Source: Gammaproteobacteria bacterium
GTDB lineage: Bacteria; Pseudomonadota; Gammaproteobacteria; Ga0077536
Length of the DNA stretch: 64,000 nucleotides
Direction of reading: 5' to 3'
NCBI GenBank assembly: GCA_963662545.2
Contig: CAXXLL010000003.1
Coordinates: 1,472,001 to 1,536,000, forward strand
Positions 1 through 9,729 of this stretch are shown here, one piece after another. The first letter of the stretch is position 1. Every line of letters begins with the position of its first letter. The notes under the pieces were generated by a model, which was not told the DNA's origin, searched no databases, and was given only the letters and a program-made list of their open reading frames with translations. Position numbers and translations under genes: made by a program.

Positions 1-400
1 GACTTGTGTTGCCGAGGTCGCGGAAGTATCAGCGAACGACGATGGAACGTTCTCGGTGGACAAGGTGACCATAGCAGTTGATTGCGGCATTGCAGTGAAC
101 CCCGATATTGTCATCGCGCAGATGCAAGGCGGCATGGGTTACGGTTTGTCTGCTGCACTCGGCGACGAAATTACGATCGACGATGGTATCGTGCAACAAG
201 AAAACTTTGATACGTACCCAGTGCTGCGCATGTCCCAAATGCCGGACGTCGCCGTCCACATCGTGGATTCGGGTAACGACCCGAGTGGTGTTGGTGAACC
301 CGGCGTGCCGCCGATCGCGCCGGCGGTGGCGAACGCATTGTTTTCGGCCACCGGAAAACGCTATCGCCGACTGCCCTTGAAGCGGTCGAGCGAGGGCTGA
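1..400 (+). CDS. Molybdopterin-binding subunit, xanthine dehydrogenase/isoquinoline oxidoreductase beta (IorB-like); 5' end outside window
   Basis: Frame open from base 2. C-terminal motifs [32 protein letters not shown]. Confidence 0.9.
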   Translation, partial: TCVAEVAEVSANDDGTFSVDKVTIAVDCGIAVNPDIVIAQMQGGMGYGLSAALGDEITIDDGIVQQENFDTYPVLRMSQMPDVAVHIVDSGNDPSGVGEPGVPPIAPAVANALFSATGKRYRRLPLKRSSEG

Positions 401-452
401 ATCGCGCTGCATAAATTCGTACCGCGGCGGAACGTTTTTAGTGCACGACAAC

Positions 453-1562
453 TTATGCGGTCAGTGACAGCTTGCCGTTTACCAACGCGTCCAATTCAAA
501 CTCAAAATACGGATGCTGATCGGGTGCGCCTGCGGCCAATAGAAAACATCGGTCGGTGACGTCGATGATGATCGACGCCACCGTTTCGAGTTGCTCGAAA
601 CGGCCCTGACTCGGATCGGCATCACGTGCAATCGCATGCGGTTTGCCAAATCCATCTCTGAGTGCCTCCTTCATGTCCTCGACGGTCAAGGCGCCGCTAC
701 CGGCGGCGAGCTGATCCCGTAGTCGGCAACTCCGATAGAGGGAATCGGGAAAACGCTCAAGGCTTAGGTCGCGGCCACTTAAACGTGGCCCGTCGAAATG
801 GTTGCCGTGAGTGATGATACCCGCTTGTGGTGCGAGGTGATCGATGTGCACCGGCGATGCCTCAATATCGATAGTTTGCCCGCGCGCGTCTGCGATTAAA
901 TAATTCGCCGACAAAGCCCGGGTCGGACGTACAACGGCCGCGATCGCATCCGCCATTTGAACCTGGTTGAGAATACCGCGGAGCAAAATATTGTACGGCA
1001 CGCCGAACTGCCACTGTTCCGATATGAGTGTATTCGTCGCGAGGCCGATGCCGGCTGAGTTGAATCCCATGCGGCCGATCATGCCGGCCTCGTCGAGAAG
1101 CATCACCGTTGGTTTAGGCGCTTGCTCAATGATCAACAAGACGAGTGTCTCCTTGATGTCCGGCGCCCAGTCCCAATTCTGTCCAACGTAAACATGCCCA
1201 TCGGCTGTTACCTCGGGCTGCAGGCCGAAAGACGTGCACTCGGGTAACGGCGTACCGAACATGATCTCCGAGCGGCAGTTAACCGCGAGAATCTCTTCGA
1301 GCGAAAATCCAGCACCCTCGGCCACGCCTTTGATCTCTTCGATCACGTCGGGATCGTATTCGTCAATGATTGGTGCGAACTCAACCGCCTTAGTGCGCAC
1401 CGCACTCGGAGAAAGGCCGGCGAAATGCTGGAATCGCTCCATATAACGCTCGACGCTTAAACCGACCCGATCGCTTGCCAACGCGCCGTGTTGACGTCCG
1501 CGCTCGCGCGGGTCGCCGCCGGTGAGTAGGATCGGGATCGGTTCGTCGCCGACTAAAGGCAT
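453..1562 (-). CDS. C45 family autoproteolytic acyltransferase/hydrolase (Ntn hydrolase)
   Basis: GRQHG, NCRSE, catalytic E-CTSFG, GQNWDW, GFNSAG and HGNHF motifs. Confidence 0.88.
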   Translation of the reverse strand: MPLVGDEPIPILLTGGDPRERGRQHGALASDRVGLSVERYMERFQHFAGLSPSAVRTKAVEFAPIIDEYDPDVIEEIKGVAEGAGFSLEEILAVNCRSEIMFGTPLPECTSFGLQPEVTADGHVYVGQNWDWAPDIKETLVLLIIEQAPKPTVMLLDEAGMIGRMGFNSAGIGLATNTLISEQWQFGVPYNILLRGILNQVQMADAIAAVVRPTRALSANYLIADARGQTIDIEASPVHIDHLAPQAGIITHGNHFDGPRLSGRDLSLERFPDSLYRSCRLRDQLAAGSGALTVEDMKEALRDGFGKPHAIARDADPSQGRFEQLETVASIIIDVTDRCFLLAAGAPDQHPYFEFELDALVNGKLSLTA

Positions 1563-1616
1563 GCTTTAACTCCTTCGCGTTCGCCGCCGGATCTTGTACG
1601 GTGGCGCACATTCAAC

Positions 1617-2558
1617 TCACAGGTAGGTCGGCACCCCATCAACTCGGATAATTTTGGGCGCCTCTCCACTTGTCGCCGGAAACCACTTGCCGGCTTTACC
1701 CTGCTCCGGGGTTATCACAGCTTTATACATATCGGCTAGTTCAGCCATCGTGCAGAACTTAACCCCGGGCCGCTCTAAGATATGATCGATAAGCTTTTCG
1801 AGTGTTTTAACGCGCGCACCGCGACCGCTTAAGAACGGATGCAGGGTTAAGTGAAACGGCGCACCCTCTTCGTAGAGCGCATCGAATTCACTGCTCCAGA
1901 GTTCGAAGACCCGCGAGGGTGCCGAGTATGGTGCGCCGTAACTCAACGGCGGAAACAGCGAGAACCAATACAGTGGCGCGTCATCTAGGGTCCAATTAAC
2001 CGGGATGGCGACAAAATCGGTTTGCTTGCCGTCGACCGATACGTAATAGGGAATGTCCTCGCCCAACCAATCACCTGAGAATTCGAACCCACGTTCGCGC
2101 AGGAGTTTTAGCGTCTGATCGCTGTATTCCCAACCAGGACTGATGTAGCCGCGCGGACGCGTGCCACTCATCTGCGTGAGTATTTCCACCTGTTTATCAA
2201 GATGTTCGGCTTCTGTACTAGCATCAAGCCAGTTCGGCCAATCGTGGGTAAAGCCATGACACCCGATTTCATGCCCTTCGGCGACAATCCAGTCGATCGC
2301 ATAGGGGTGGCGCTGCGCCGATTTTGCCGGCCAGTAGAAACTGGCCTTGATCTTGTAATTTCTCAGCATGTGGAGAATACGCTGCAGGCCAACGCGCGGG
2401 CCATACGAATACATTGTCTGTGTATTCGGCCGATTTGCATTCTCCTTGTCTAGGGCAACCGCAAGCGCTTCAGCATCAGGATGAAAGTTCAGAACAACCG
2501 GACATTGGACATCATCGGGCCAGGGAACCCGGCGTTCGAATTCGTTAAGCGCAGCCAT
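1617..2558 (-). CDS. Polysaccharide deacetylase (CE4, PuuE/PgdA-like)
   Basis: YGPRVG, HEIGCHGFTH, PRGY..PGW, WTLDD and LHPFLSG motifs. Confidence 0.85.
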   Translation of the reverse strand: MAALNEFERRVPWPDDVQCPVVLNFHPDAEALAVALDKENANRPNTQTMYSYGPRVGLQRILHMLRNYKIKASFYWPAKSAQRHPYAIDWIVAEGHEIGCHGFTHDWPNWLDASTEAEHLDKQVEILTQMSGTRPRGYISPGWEYSDQTLKLLRERGFEFSGDWLGEDIPYYVSVDGKQTDFVAIPVNWTLDDAPLYWFSLFPPLSYGAPYSAPSRVFELWSSEFDALYEEGAPFHLTLHPFLSGRGARVKTLEKLIDHILERPGVKFCTMAELADMYKAVITPEQGKAGKWFPATSGEAPKIIRVDGVPTYL

Positions 2559-2663
2559 TATCGTGCTCCTGTGATAGTTGGGTATGAAGCTAAAAATAGT
2601 GTTGCTGTTTTCAAGGTATCTAAAAGCGGTCTCAACATTATTCTTGTCCCGCGCCGTTTGAGA

Positions 2664-3224
2664 TCACGAACCCGAATAATCCCCGGCCCGCTTTTCGTGA
2701 AACGCTTTGATCGCCTCGGCGTGATCTCCGCTCGCCTTAGCGATCGCGATATGCGAGCCGACATTTTCGAGGGCACTTGCTAGTTCACTGTTCAATCCTT
2801 GATAGACCGTACGCTTGATCATGGTGACGGAATAAGGCGGTAGCTTCGCGGTCCCGACAATCCTGGGCAAATGATATGCGCCACCACCACCCGGGAGTAA
2901 GCCAATTTTCGCATAGGTCTCCGCGAAGCGAGCGCTTTTTGCCGCAGTGCGGAAATCGCACGCCAAAGCCAGATCCATCCCGCCGCCTGTTGCGACCCCA
3001 TTCACGGCCGCAATGATGGGTTTGTTAAACGTGGCTAGGCGCTGCGGAAATGCCTGAATGTAATCAACGATATGTTTTTTCGTCACATGAGGCCGATTAT
3101 CCGCCTCTGCGCCCATTGCATGTACGTCGCCGCCGGCACAAAAGCCGCGACCGGCGCCGGTTAATACCACTACGCGAACGTCGTCACGGCGATCACAGTC
3201 ATCGATGGCGGCAATTAAGCCCAT
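2664..3224 (-). pseudogene. Enoyl-CoA hydratase/isomerase, N-terminally truncated with internal deletion
   Basis: FCAGGD and AVNGVATGGG motifs are present. LPRIVGTAK runs straight into LPPYSV, missing the usual ALELLLTG...GLV segment. The N-terminal LNRP region is absent. Confidence 0.8.
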
Positions 3225-3358
3225 AAGCTAAGCGGACGCCAAGTCGCTATAAACGTCGTGAAAAAGCCTGACTCCGGCTCACGGCCAACGCCGGTCATTC
3301 ACGCTGCCAATACCCTCGGATATGCTGCCCGCTGGATTTACTGGTGGGGGATTGAAAG

Positions 3359-3436
3359 ATGAACTGGGATGCAATGGGTGCGATTGCCGAGGTGTTAGGT
3401 GCGATTGGTGTGATCGGCACTCTGATGTACCTGGCC
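3359..3436 (+). pseudogene. N-terminal fragment of a membrane-anchored hypothetical protein, cut by IS
   Basis: Reads MNWDAMGAIAEVLGAIGVIGTLMYLA, then the IS end begins. Resembles the N-terminus of the cassette ORF at 53485. Confidence 0.65.
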
Positions 3437-4632
3437 TGTGGGTGGCGAATTCCAATTCTGAACAGAATGATTGAATTTTCCTAGTCTGGTGCGCGTGGTG
3501 CTTCCCGATAGGATAACGGGATGCGAGACGGCGCTTTCCTATTCATTCACCTTTTAGTGACCGTTGCTAGATTGCTGGGACCAGGGGGTGCCCGCTCCGT
3601 GGTTGCCGAATCACTCCTGGTTAAGCACCAGCTGCTGATCCTTAATCGCTCTCGCGGACGCGCACCGAATCTTCGCCCGATGGACCGGATCATTGCCGGA
3701 ATTTGCGTTTGCTTCATGCGCCCCACTCGGCTTGTACGCGCCGCGATCGTGCTGAAACCCGCGACCATCATGGCCTTTCACCGGTCTCTCGTGAAACGGA
3801 AATATCGATTACTGTTCACGCCTAAACACCGTGGAAAGCCGGGTCCGAAAGGACCGTCTCCCGAATTAATTTCCGCTATCGTTGAGATGAAACGGAGGAA
3901 TCCGAGCTTCGGATGCCGGCGCATCGCACAGCAGATTTCGTTTGTCTTCGGAATCAAGATCGACAAAGACGTCGTGCGCCGCGTACTGGCCAAACACTAC
4001 CACCTCGGGCCTGGTTCTGGTGGTCCGAGCTGGCTGACGCTCCTCGGGCACACTAAGGACAGCCTCTGGAGCGTCGACCTGTTTCGGTGCGATTCGTTGA
4101 TCCTCAAAACCCACTGGGTGATGGTCGTCATGGACCAACTCACTCGGCGAATTATCGGTATCGACGTAAATGCAGGCGTGCTCGATGGACCCACGGTCTG
4201 CCGTCTATTCAACGAAGCGATCGCCGGATCAGGATCTCTACCCCACTATCTCAGCAGTGACAACGATCCGTTGTTTGAATTCCATCGCTGGAAGGCGAAC
4301 TTTCGGGTCCTTGAAATAGCGGAAGTAAAGACCGTCCCATACGTCCCCTTATCTCATCCCTTTGTCGAACGTTTGATCGGCACCATCCGTCGGGAGTTTC
4401 TCGATTTCGTGCCTTTCTGGAATGCCCATGATCTGCGGCAGAAGCTCCATGATTTTCACGAATACTACAATTGTTCGCGCGTTCACCGTGCCCGGGACGG
4501 CTTCACACCGGATGTTCCGGCCTCGACTAAGAAACATCGGATCGCTCGGCTGGACGATTATCGATGGGAAAACCATTGTGGTGGCCTATATCAACTGCCC
4601 GCGGCGGCGTGACTGTTAATTCGCCACCGACA
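3437..4632 (+). mobile_element. Insertion sequence, IS481/IS3-like (rve integrase core)
   Basis: 15-bp terminal IRs TGTGGGTGGCGAATT / AATTCGCCACCGACA with one mismatch. TGT..ACA ends. No target duplication. Confidence 0.85.
3521..4612 (+). CDS. DDE transposase, integrase core domain
   Basis: WSVDLF, DNDPLF, VERLIGTIRRE and YYN..RVH motifs. Confidence 0.9.
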   Translation: MRDGAFLFIHLLVTVARLLGPGGARSVVAESLLVKHQLLILNRSRGRAPNLRPMDRIIAGICVCFMRPTRLVRAAIVLKPATIMAFHRSLVKRKYRLLFTPKHRGKPGPKGPSPELISAIVEMKRRNPSFGCRRIAQQISFVFGIKIDKDVVRRVLAKHYHLGPGSGGPSWLTLLGHTKDSLWSVDLFRCDSLILKTHWVMVVMDQLTRRIIGIDVNAGVLDGPTVCRLFNEAIAGSGSLPHYLSSDNDPLFEFHRWKANFRVLEIAEVKTVPYVPLSHPFVERLIGTIRREFLDFVPFWNAHDLRQKLHDFHEYYNCSRVHRARDGFTPDVPASTKKHRIARLDDYRWENHCGGLYQLPAAA

Positions 4633-4697
4633 CGTTGCTACGGCGCAGGACCCCACACGCAGCGTAACAATAAGTTCAAGGATTTGAACAGTTTGGA

Positions 4698-4742
4698 TGG
4701 TGGCTATGGTTGGACTTGAACCAACGACCTCAGCATTATGAG
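4698..4742 (-). repeat. Displaced 3' half of tRNA-Met (att site)
   Basis: 45-bp direct repeat of 17262-17306 with 2 mismatches, ending in the anticodon loop. Confidence 0.9.
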
Positions 4743-5081
4743 GGCCACCGGCATCTTTTAACCCTTTGTTTTAATTAGATTCTTTCGGGCGCCCGTTGCG
4801 ACTAAATGCCCAACAATGCATAACGATGCTCAACTGTGTCCCGCAAAACTCCCGCACGGTTTCCCGACCTCTTATATCCCAATTATGCCCTGCACCCGAT
4901 ATACGTTCGGAGTCGACCGCCCTAAATTCCAACATCCGCTTTCACCAGTAGCAGACACCCCGAGAGGCCGCTAAACAACCTGTTTCTTCCTGCCTCGGAT
5001 GGCGGGAATCGAACCCGATTCCGACATCCGTGAAAGCAGTCGTTCTAATCCAACTTCTCTATCAATTGACCTAACGTTTCG

Positions 5082-5612
5082 TTAGAGCAAGGCTGATTGT
5101 CCTTTATGGCCAGACCATTTCGGCAGATCATCGAGAACATCCGCCACTCGCATGCCGTAGAAGATGTGACAGCTCGGACGAAAGGCATCGGGGACGTGCG
5201 GCGGCGTGCCGAAATCGAAGAGAGTGGGAAAGGCGAGCCACATATTCCGACCTTCGTCAGCGATGGGTGTGCCGCATACCGAGCAGCTGACTTTGCAAGG
5301 TAGGACTCGCTCACATAGGTTCAGCGCACCATTGAAGAAGCGAAGCCGATCTACGCCAGCCAAGATTCTGACATCCCGCTTATGGAATATCGCCGCCCAT
5401 TGCATGGGCGCGCCGTGTAGGGTCTGGCAATCACGGCAATGGCAGATCTTTGCGTCTACGGGATCGTCGCGGACCTCGTAACAGATGGCACCGCAATGGC
5501 ACCGGGCGCGGTACTTGGCAACGAAATCCCCTGTGCCCGGGGAAGCGTACTCGCGACCCAAGTCGACTGAACTCTGTTTATCATGTCCGGCCAAGATGGA
5601 AGGGGCCTTCAA
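5082..5612 (-). CDS. GFA family protein (glutathione-dependent formaldehyde-activating/CENP-V)
   Basis: CHCG, CHCRDCQ, CSVCGTP and HIFY motifs. Start uncertain. Confidence 0.88.
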   Translation of the reverse strand: MKAPSILAGHDKQSSVDLGREYASPGTGDFVAKYRARCHCGAICYEVRDDPVDAKICHCRDCQTLHGAPMQWAAIFHKRDVRILAGVDRLRFFNGALNLCERVLPCKVSCSVCGTPIADEGRNMWLAFPTLFDFGTPPHVPDAFRPSCHIFYGMRVADVLDDLPKWSGHKGQSALL

Positions 5613-5795
5613 TAGGACGATTGCGGACAGTATATGTATTTCGCGCTCTTGGTCGGAACTATCGGGGGATTACGTGGACTTCGGAGAAAGCGTCAATCAG
5701 ATGGACTCTCGTGACGCGTGCTTCTCTTGCTCATCTTGCTCTCCTGTAGAGCCTCGATGAGCCAGAATTACTCCATTATCTAAACCCTGCAACTT

Positions 5796-5845
5796 GTCTC
5801 ATGGTTGCTGACGGCGAACAGTCTCATGGTTGCTGACGGCGAACA
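5796..5845 (+). repeat. Perfect 25-bp tandem duplication
   Basis: GTCTCATGGTTGCTGACGGCGAACA x2. Confidence 0.95.
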
Positions 5846-5942
5846 ATCGGCTTTGAACACGCACAGCGGATATAAGGAAAGATAAACGCGATTTTTCGGG
5901 AATCCAATCGAAATAAGCGTGGATGGGCAAAAGGAGACAGCG

Positions 5943-6270
5943 TCAGAGAGCCACCCAATCGCACATCCGGTCGATGGCGGCCATGACCGGCGCACAATGG
6001 CTGCGCAGGAAAGCCTCGTCTATGGTGGTCGTTCGGGCGGCCGCCGCGAGCGCTGTCGCGCCATCGAAGTCAACACAGGCAACTCGCGCTGAAAACTCCG
6101 TGTCGGGGCGCCCGAAACAGTGACCCGGCAGGCAGGCCACGCCGGTGTCTTCCAGCAGGTGCTCGCAGAACGTTGTGCCATCGACAATGCCCCGCGCGGC
6201 CAACCGATCGCGCAAAGGTTCGAAGCTCGAGAACACGTAGAATCCTCCTTTGGGTTGCGTGACTTCGGCG
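5943..6270 (-). pseudogene. C-terminal fragment of class I/II PLP-dependent aminotransferase
   Basis: PKGGFYVF and LLEDTGVACLPG..FG motifs present. PLP-binding N-terminal part missing. Confidence 0.75.
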
Positions 6271-6472
6271 TTGGATTGATCATTGATGTCAATCGCTGCT
6301 GACTGACGCATCCCACGTATGTTGAGGTTAAGGTGAACGGCGGGTGAGAGCAGGGATTCATTCAGCATGACAGGTGCACCGTCAGGAAGTGTTTACCGGT
6401 TGATCGGGTGGACGGACGTCCGCCCCGTTCCGCAGTTCCTTTTTGCCTATTGGTTAGTGGCACCAACCGCGC

Positions 6473-7288
6473 TCAGCGCGATGTACCTGAGCGGATTAGG
6501 GACGATCGACCATACCACTCCGGCAGGCTCGCGATCGAATCGATGACCGCATCGGGCGCGTGGTGACACTCGAGATCGCTGGCGCGAAACTTCCCAGTCC
6601 TGACGAGTACGCCGGTCATTCCCAGGTCCTGGGCCGCGTTTACATCAGAGACGATGTCGTCGCCAATCATCGCGGCCGTGTCTCGTGTGGCACCGAGCGC
6701 GGCAAGCGCCGTATCGAAGAATGCCGGCGCGGGCTTACCGAGGACGACGGCTTCGACCCCGGCGGCGCATTCAAGCGCGCGCACGAAGGCGGCAACATCG
6801 ATCCGCAGCCCGTCCGAAGCGCGCCAGTAGCGCGTCATGCCGAGCGCGACGAACACCGGAGCAGGTTCATCCATGAGCAGGCGGAACGCCCGGTTTAGGG
6901 TCGCATAATCCCAGGCGTCGCCGAGGTCTCCGAGGACGACGCTACGCGCGCCCGTCTCCGCCCTTTCATCGAGCAGTTCGACCCCCGTCAGATCGCCACA
7001 GGTCGCTGCCGGTACGAAGGCGGCCCAGACGCCGGGAGCGTTCTCGCTCAACCAGCGCGAAGCGGCAACGAGCGGCGTCAGGATGCGCTCCGATTCGGTT
7101 TCGATCCCGAGCGCCGCGCGCCTGTCCACAATGGCCTGGCGTGGTCGCGAGGTCGTATTGGTAACGTACAGACGAGGGACACGACGTTCGACCAGCCAGC
7201 GGACACAGGCCGCAGCACCTTCGACGATCCGGTCTCCCTCATATAGGACGCCATCCAGATCGATCAGCAATGCAGCCGGATTAGCCAT
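6473..7288 (-). CDS. HAD-IIA hydrolase (LHPP/HDHD2-like)
   Basis: DLDGVLY, VTNTT, GKP, MIGDD..SDV and VRTGK motifs. Confidence 0.9.
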   Translation of the reverse strand: MANPAALLIDLDGVLYEGDRIVEGAAACVRWLVERRVPRLYVTNTTSRPRQAIVDRRAALGIETESERILTPLVAASRWLSENAPGVWAAFVPAATCGDLTGVELLDERAETGARSVVLGDLGDAWDYATLNRAFRLLMDEPAPVFVALGMTRYWRASDGLRIDVAAFVRALECAAGVEAVVLGKPAPAFFDTALAALGATRDTAAMIGDDIVSDVNAAQDLGMTGVLVRTGKFRASDLECHHAPDAVIDSIASLPEWYGRSSLIRSGTSR

Positions 7289-7400
7289 GCGTTGTCGATG
7301 AAATTTGCACCTAGATTTGATCATAGTCGCAATTTGGCGGTGGGAATCGATCGCCCGCGAATGGCAAGCCAGAAAAAAGCGCGTATGGGCTTTGTCAAGT

Positions 7401-7565
7401 CAGCAGGTTGTTGAAAAAAGCATGGAACTTCGCGGCATTTTCATGATCGGGTCTGCTGAGTGCAAATGGCAGGGGTTCGAGTGATGAGAGGCGTGGACGA
7501 TCGGCAAGATGGTTTCTTCAGCTACATTTCCCTCGATGCGCGAGTACCACAGACGCATCCGTTGA
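7401..7565 (+). mobile_element. IS5/IS1182-type remnant: left end plus transposase N-terminus
   Basis: AGCAGGTTGTTGAAAAA end-like motif. ATG at 7484 gives MRGVDDRQDGFFSYISLDARVPQTHPL, then homology appears to stop. Confidence 0.65.
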
Positions 7566-7720
7566 ACGGCTTACGCAGCTCTCGGACCTAGAGGCAATAT
7601 TGACCGGTGACGGGTGGCCGGTGTTTCGAGACGCGAAGTTCCTCCTGCAGGAGTTACTGATGAGCCTTAACGCCGAGACGGCCGGTTCGCCGACCCACTG
7701 ATCAACCGCTCGTCGACGTA

Positions 7721-8506
7721 TCAAGGATCAGCCGGAGTGTGCATGTTCACCGGTCCGTATCCGCGGCCGAGGCCCGGACTCGTGCGGATTGCTCGTGTGA
7801 TGAATCCCTTCGCCGCCTCCACCGCGGTCACGAGGTCCTCGCCAGTGGCGAGTCGCGCGGTGATCGCGGCTGATAATACGCAGCCCGTGCCGTGCGTGTG
7901 TTGCGTTTCGATGCGCTTGCCGGGGAGCGGATAAGCTCGACCGTCTGACCACAACAAATCGGTCGCGTCGACACCCCGATGACCGCCTTTGATCAGCACG
8001 TTCTTGGCACCCGCGCCGGCGATACGGGCCGCTGCTTGCTCCATCGACCCCAAGTCGGTAACGTCCATGCTGGCCAGCACCGCCGCCTCGGGCAGGTTGG
8101 GCGTGATCAGGAACACGTACGGCAAGAGTTTCTTCTTAAGGACACCAGCGGCATCATGATCGATCAACGGTGTGCCGTGTTTGCTGACCATCACCGGATC
8201 TACCACCAGCGGAAAATCGAAGGACGCGGCGCGCTCGCTGAGCGCCGCGATGATGGCGGCGTTTCCTAAAGCGCCGGTCTTCGCGGCCTGAGGACGAATG
8301 TCGTCGAGGACCGCGTCGAGCTGCGCGAGGATGAACCGGGGATCGAGGGTCTCGACCGCCGCGACGGATTGCGTATTTTGAACGGTCAACAGTGTCACCA
8401 CGCTCGTGCCGTAGACGCCGTGCTGGTGGAACGTTTTCAAATCGGCCTGCAGCCCCGCTCCGCCGGAAGGATCCGAACCCGCAATCGTCAGCGCGACCGG
8501 CGTCAT
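7721..8506 (-). CDS. thiD: Hydroxymethylpyrimidine/phosphomethylpyrimidine kinase
   Basis: LTIAGSDPSGGAGLQADLKTF, VVDPVMVS, TPN..EA and HTHGTGC motifs. Confidence 0.95.
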   Translation of the reverse strand: MTPVALTIAGSDPSGGAGLQADLKTFHQHGVYGTSVVTLLTVQNTQSVAAVETLDPRFILAQLDAVLDDIRPQAAKTGALGNAAIIAALSERAASFDFPLVVDPVMVSKHGTPLIDHDAAGVLKKKLLPYVFLITPNLPEAAVLASMDVTDLGSMEQAAARIAGAGAKNVLIKGGHRGVDATDLLWSDGRAYPLPGKRIETQHTHGTGCVLSAAITARLATGEDLVTAVEAAKGFITRAIRTSPGLGRGYGPVNMHTPADP

Positions 8507-9126
8507 GGTGCGGTCTCCAATGGAGCCGAGAAGAAGTTCAGTTCGCATTGCATACCGTAACGATAGGCATCCCGCACGGCGGGGCTATCCGAGGCGACGT
8601 CGTCCAGCAGCGCTTCGAGCCGTGCGCACAGTGTTTTGAAGCCGTCGCCTGAGTACGCCTCGATCCAGTCCCCATACGGGTGATCCGGTCGCAGCGAAGC
8701 AGTTAGAGTCGTGCCGAGAAACAGATACAAGCGCATGCAGGGAACCATCGCGGCGACGATTTCGCCGAGGCTGTTGTGCGACGCGGCGCGCAACAGGAAG
8801 TCGGTGTACGCCGAAGTGGCCGCGAAGGGTTTGACGTCATCGAGGTCGATGCCAAGCGTCTTGGCATAGTTGGTGTGCAGTTTCAATTCGTCCAAGACGC
8901 CCGCCATCAATTCGTGAAACAGCAGGGCCTGATCGAAGTCGTCGCCCCGCCCGGCAGCAAGCGCGTAGGCGCGGAAAAACGCTCGCAGAAAGAACGCATC
9001 CTGGGCAACGTACCGCCGGAATGCCTCCCGATCGAGCGTACCGTCGCCCAATCCGCGCACGAACGGATGTTCGAGGCAACGCTCCCCGAGGTCGACATTT
9101 CCCTTCCACAACGACTCGTGCAGCAT
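8503..9126 (-). CDS. tenA: TenA/thiaminase II family protein
   Basis: HPFV..L.DGTL, YVAQDAFFL, PCMRLY and ELNFF motifs. ATGA overlap with thiD. Confidence 0.9.
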   Translation of the reverse strand: MLHESLWKGNVDLGERCLEHPFVRGLGDGTLDREAFRRYVAQDAFFLRAFFRAYALAAGRGDDFDQALLFHELMAGVLDELKLHTNYAKTLGIDLDDVKPFAATSAYTDFLLRAASHNSLGEIVAAMVPCMRLYLFLGTTLTASLRPDHPYGDWIEAYSGDGFKTLCARLEALLDDVASDSPAVRDAYRYGMQCELNFFSAPLETAP

Positions 9127-9299
9127 CTCGCCTTCTATCTCATCGGGATTATCTTTCGATCCGCTTCTTGCGGGAAACTTACGGCTCGGCAACTCAGCGC
9201 GCGACATCTTTGGCAGGCGGAGAGCTACAAATAAGCGGATCCAGGTGTCAGGTCTGGCATTGCCACATTCCACATGAGGTTATCGACCCAACTGCCCGG

Positions 9300-9515
9300 C
9301 TAAACATTGCGTACTGAACCCCGACACGCTTGACGATGGCCTTCAGCGTGTAGGCGCGGGTCTCGAAGGCTGCACGCACCTACATCCCGTTGCCCAAGGT
9401 GTTTCATTAACCGTGACCCGCTGTTACGACGTGCCGGTGTCAAATGCAGGTGATTCCCGCGTTGGATGATATGCCACGGTATCCCCGGCACCACAAAACT
9501 TGCGCGCCTTAGCAT
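9300..9515 (-). pseudogene. REP-associated tyrosine transposase (RAYT) remnant
   Basis: PGIPWHIIQRGN fused to HLHLTP...LMKHLGQR. Internally deleted and truncated. Confidence 0.75.
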
Positions 9516-9620
9516 ATGGGACCTCCTTGTCCATACAGCGTTGTTGCAAAACTAACACGAAAACGTGGTCTGATCCCTGTCCTTCTTTCGCGACCGATGT
9601 TTCGAAAAAGGGGGTCGGGA

Positions 9621-9675
9621 AAAAAGGGGTCGGTGACAAATGAGAACCAGAATCATATTTCACCGACCCCTTTTT
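9621..9675. repeat. Inverted repeat next to RAYT remnant
   Basis: AAAAAGGGGTCGGTGA / TCACCGACCCCTTTTT, plus an extra AAAAAGGGGGTCGG copy just upstream. Confidence 0.75.
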
Positions 9676-9729
9676 GCTTTTTGAGAACATCGCGTATGGG
9701 ATTGAGCTGGTCGTGGCGGTACCACAGTC

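Noticed and set aside
5796-5845. CRISPR-like repeat
   Set aside because: Two adjacent copies, no spacer and no cas genes in the window.
9130-9300. TPP riboswitch upstream of tenA
   Set aside because: Conserved CTGAGA and CCTGA...AATxCxxGCGxAGG elements not found.
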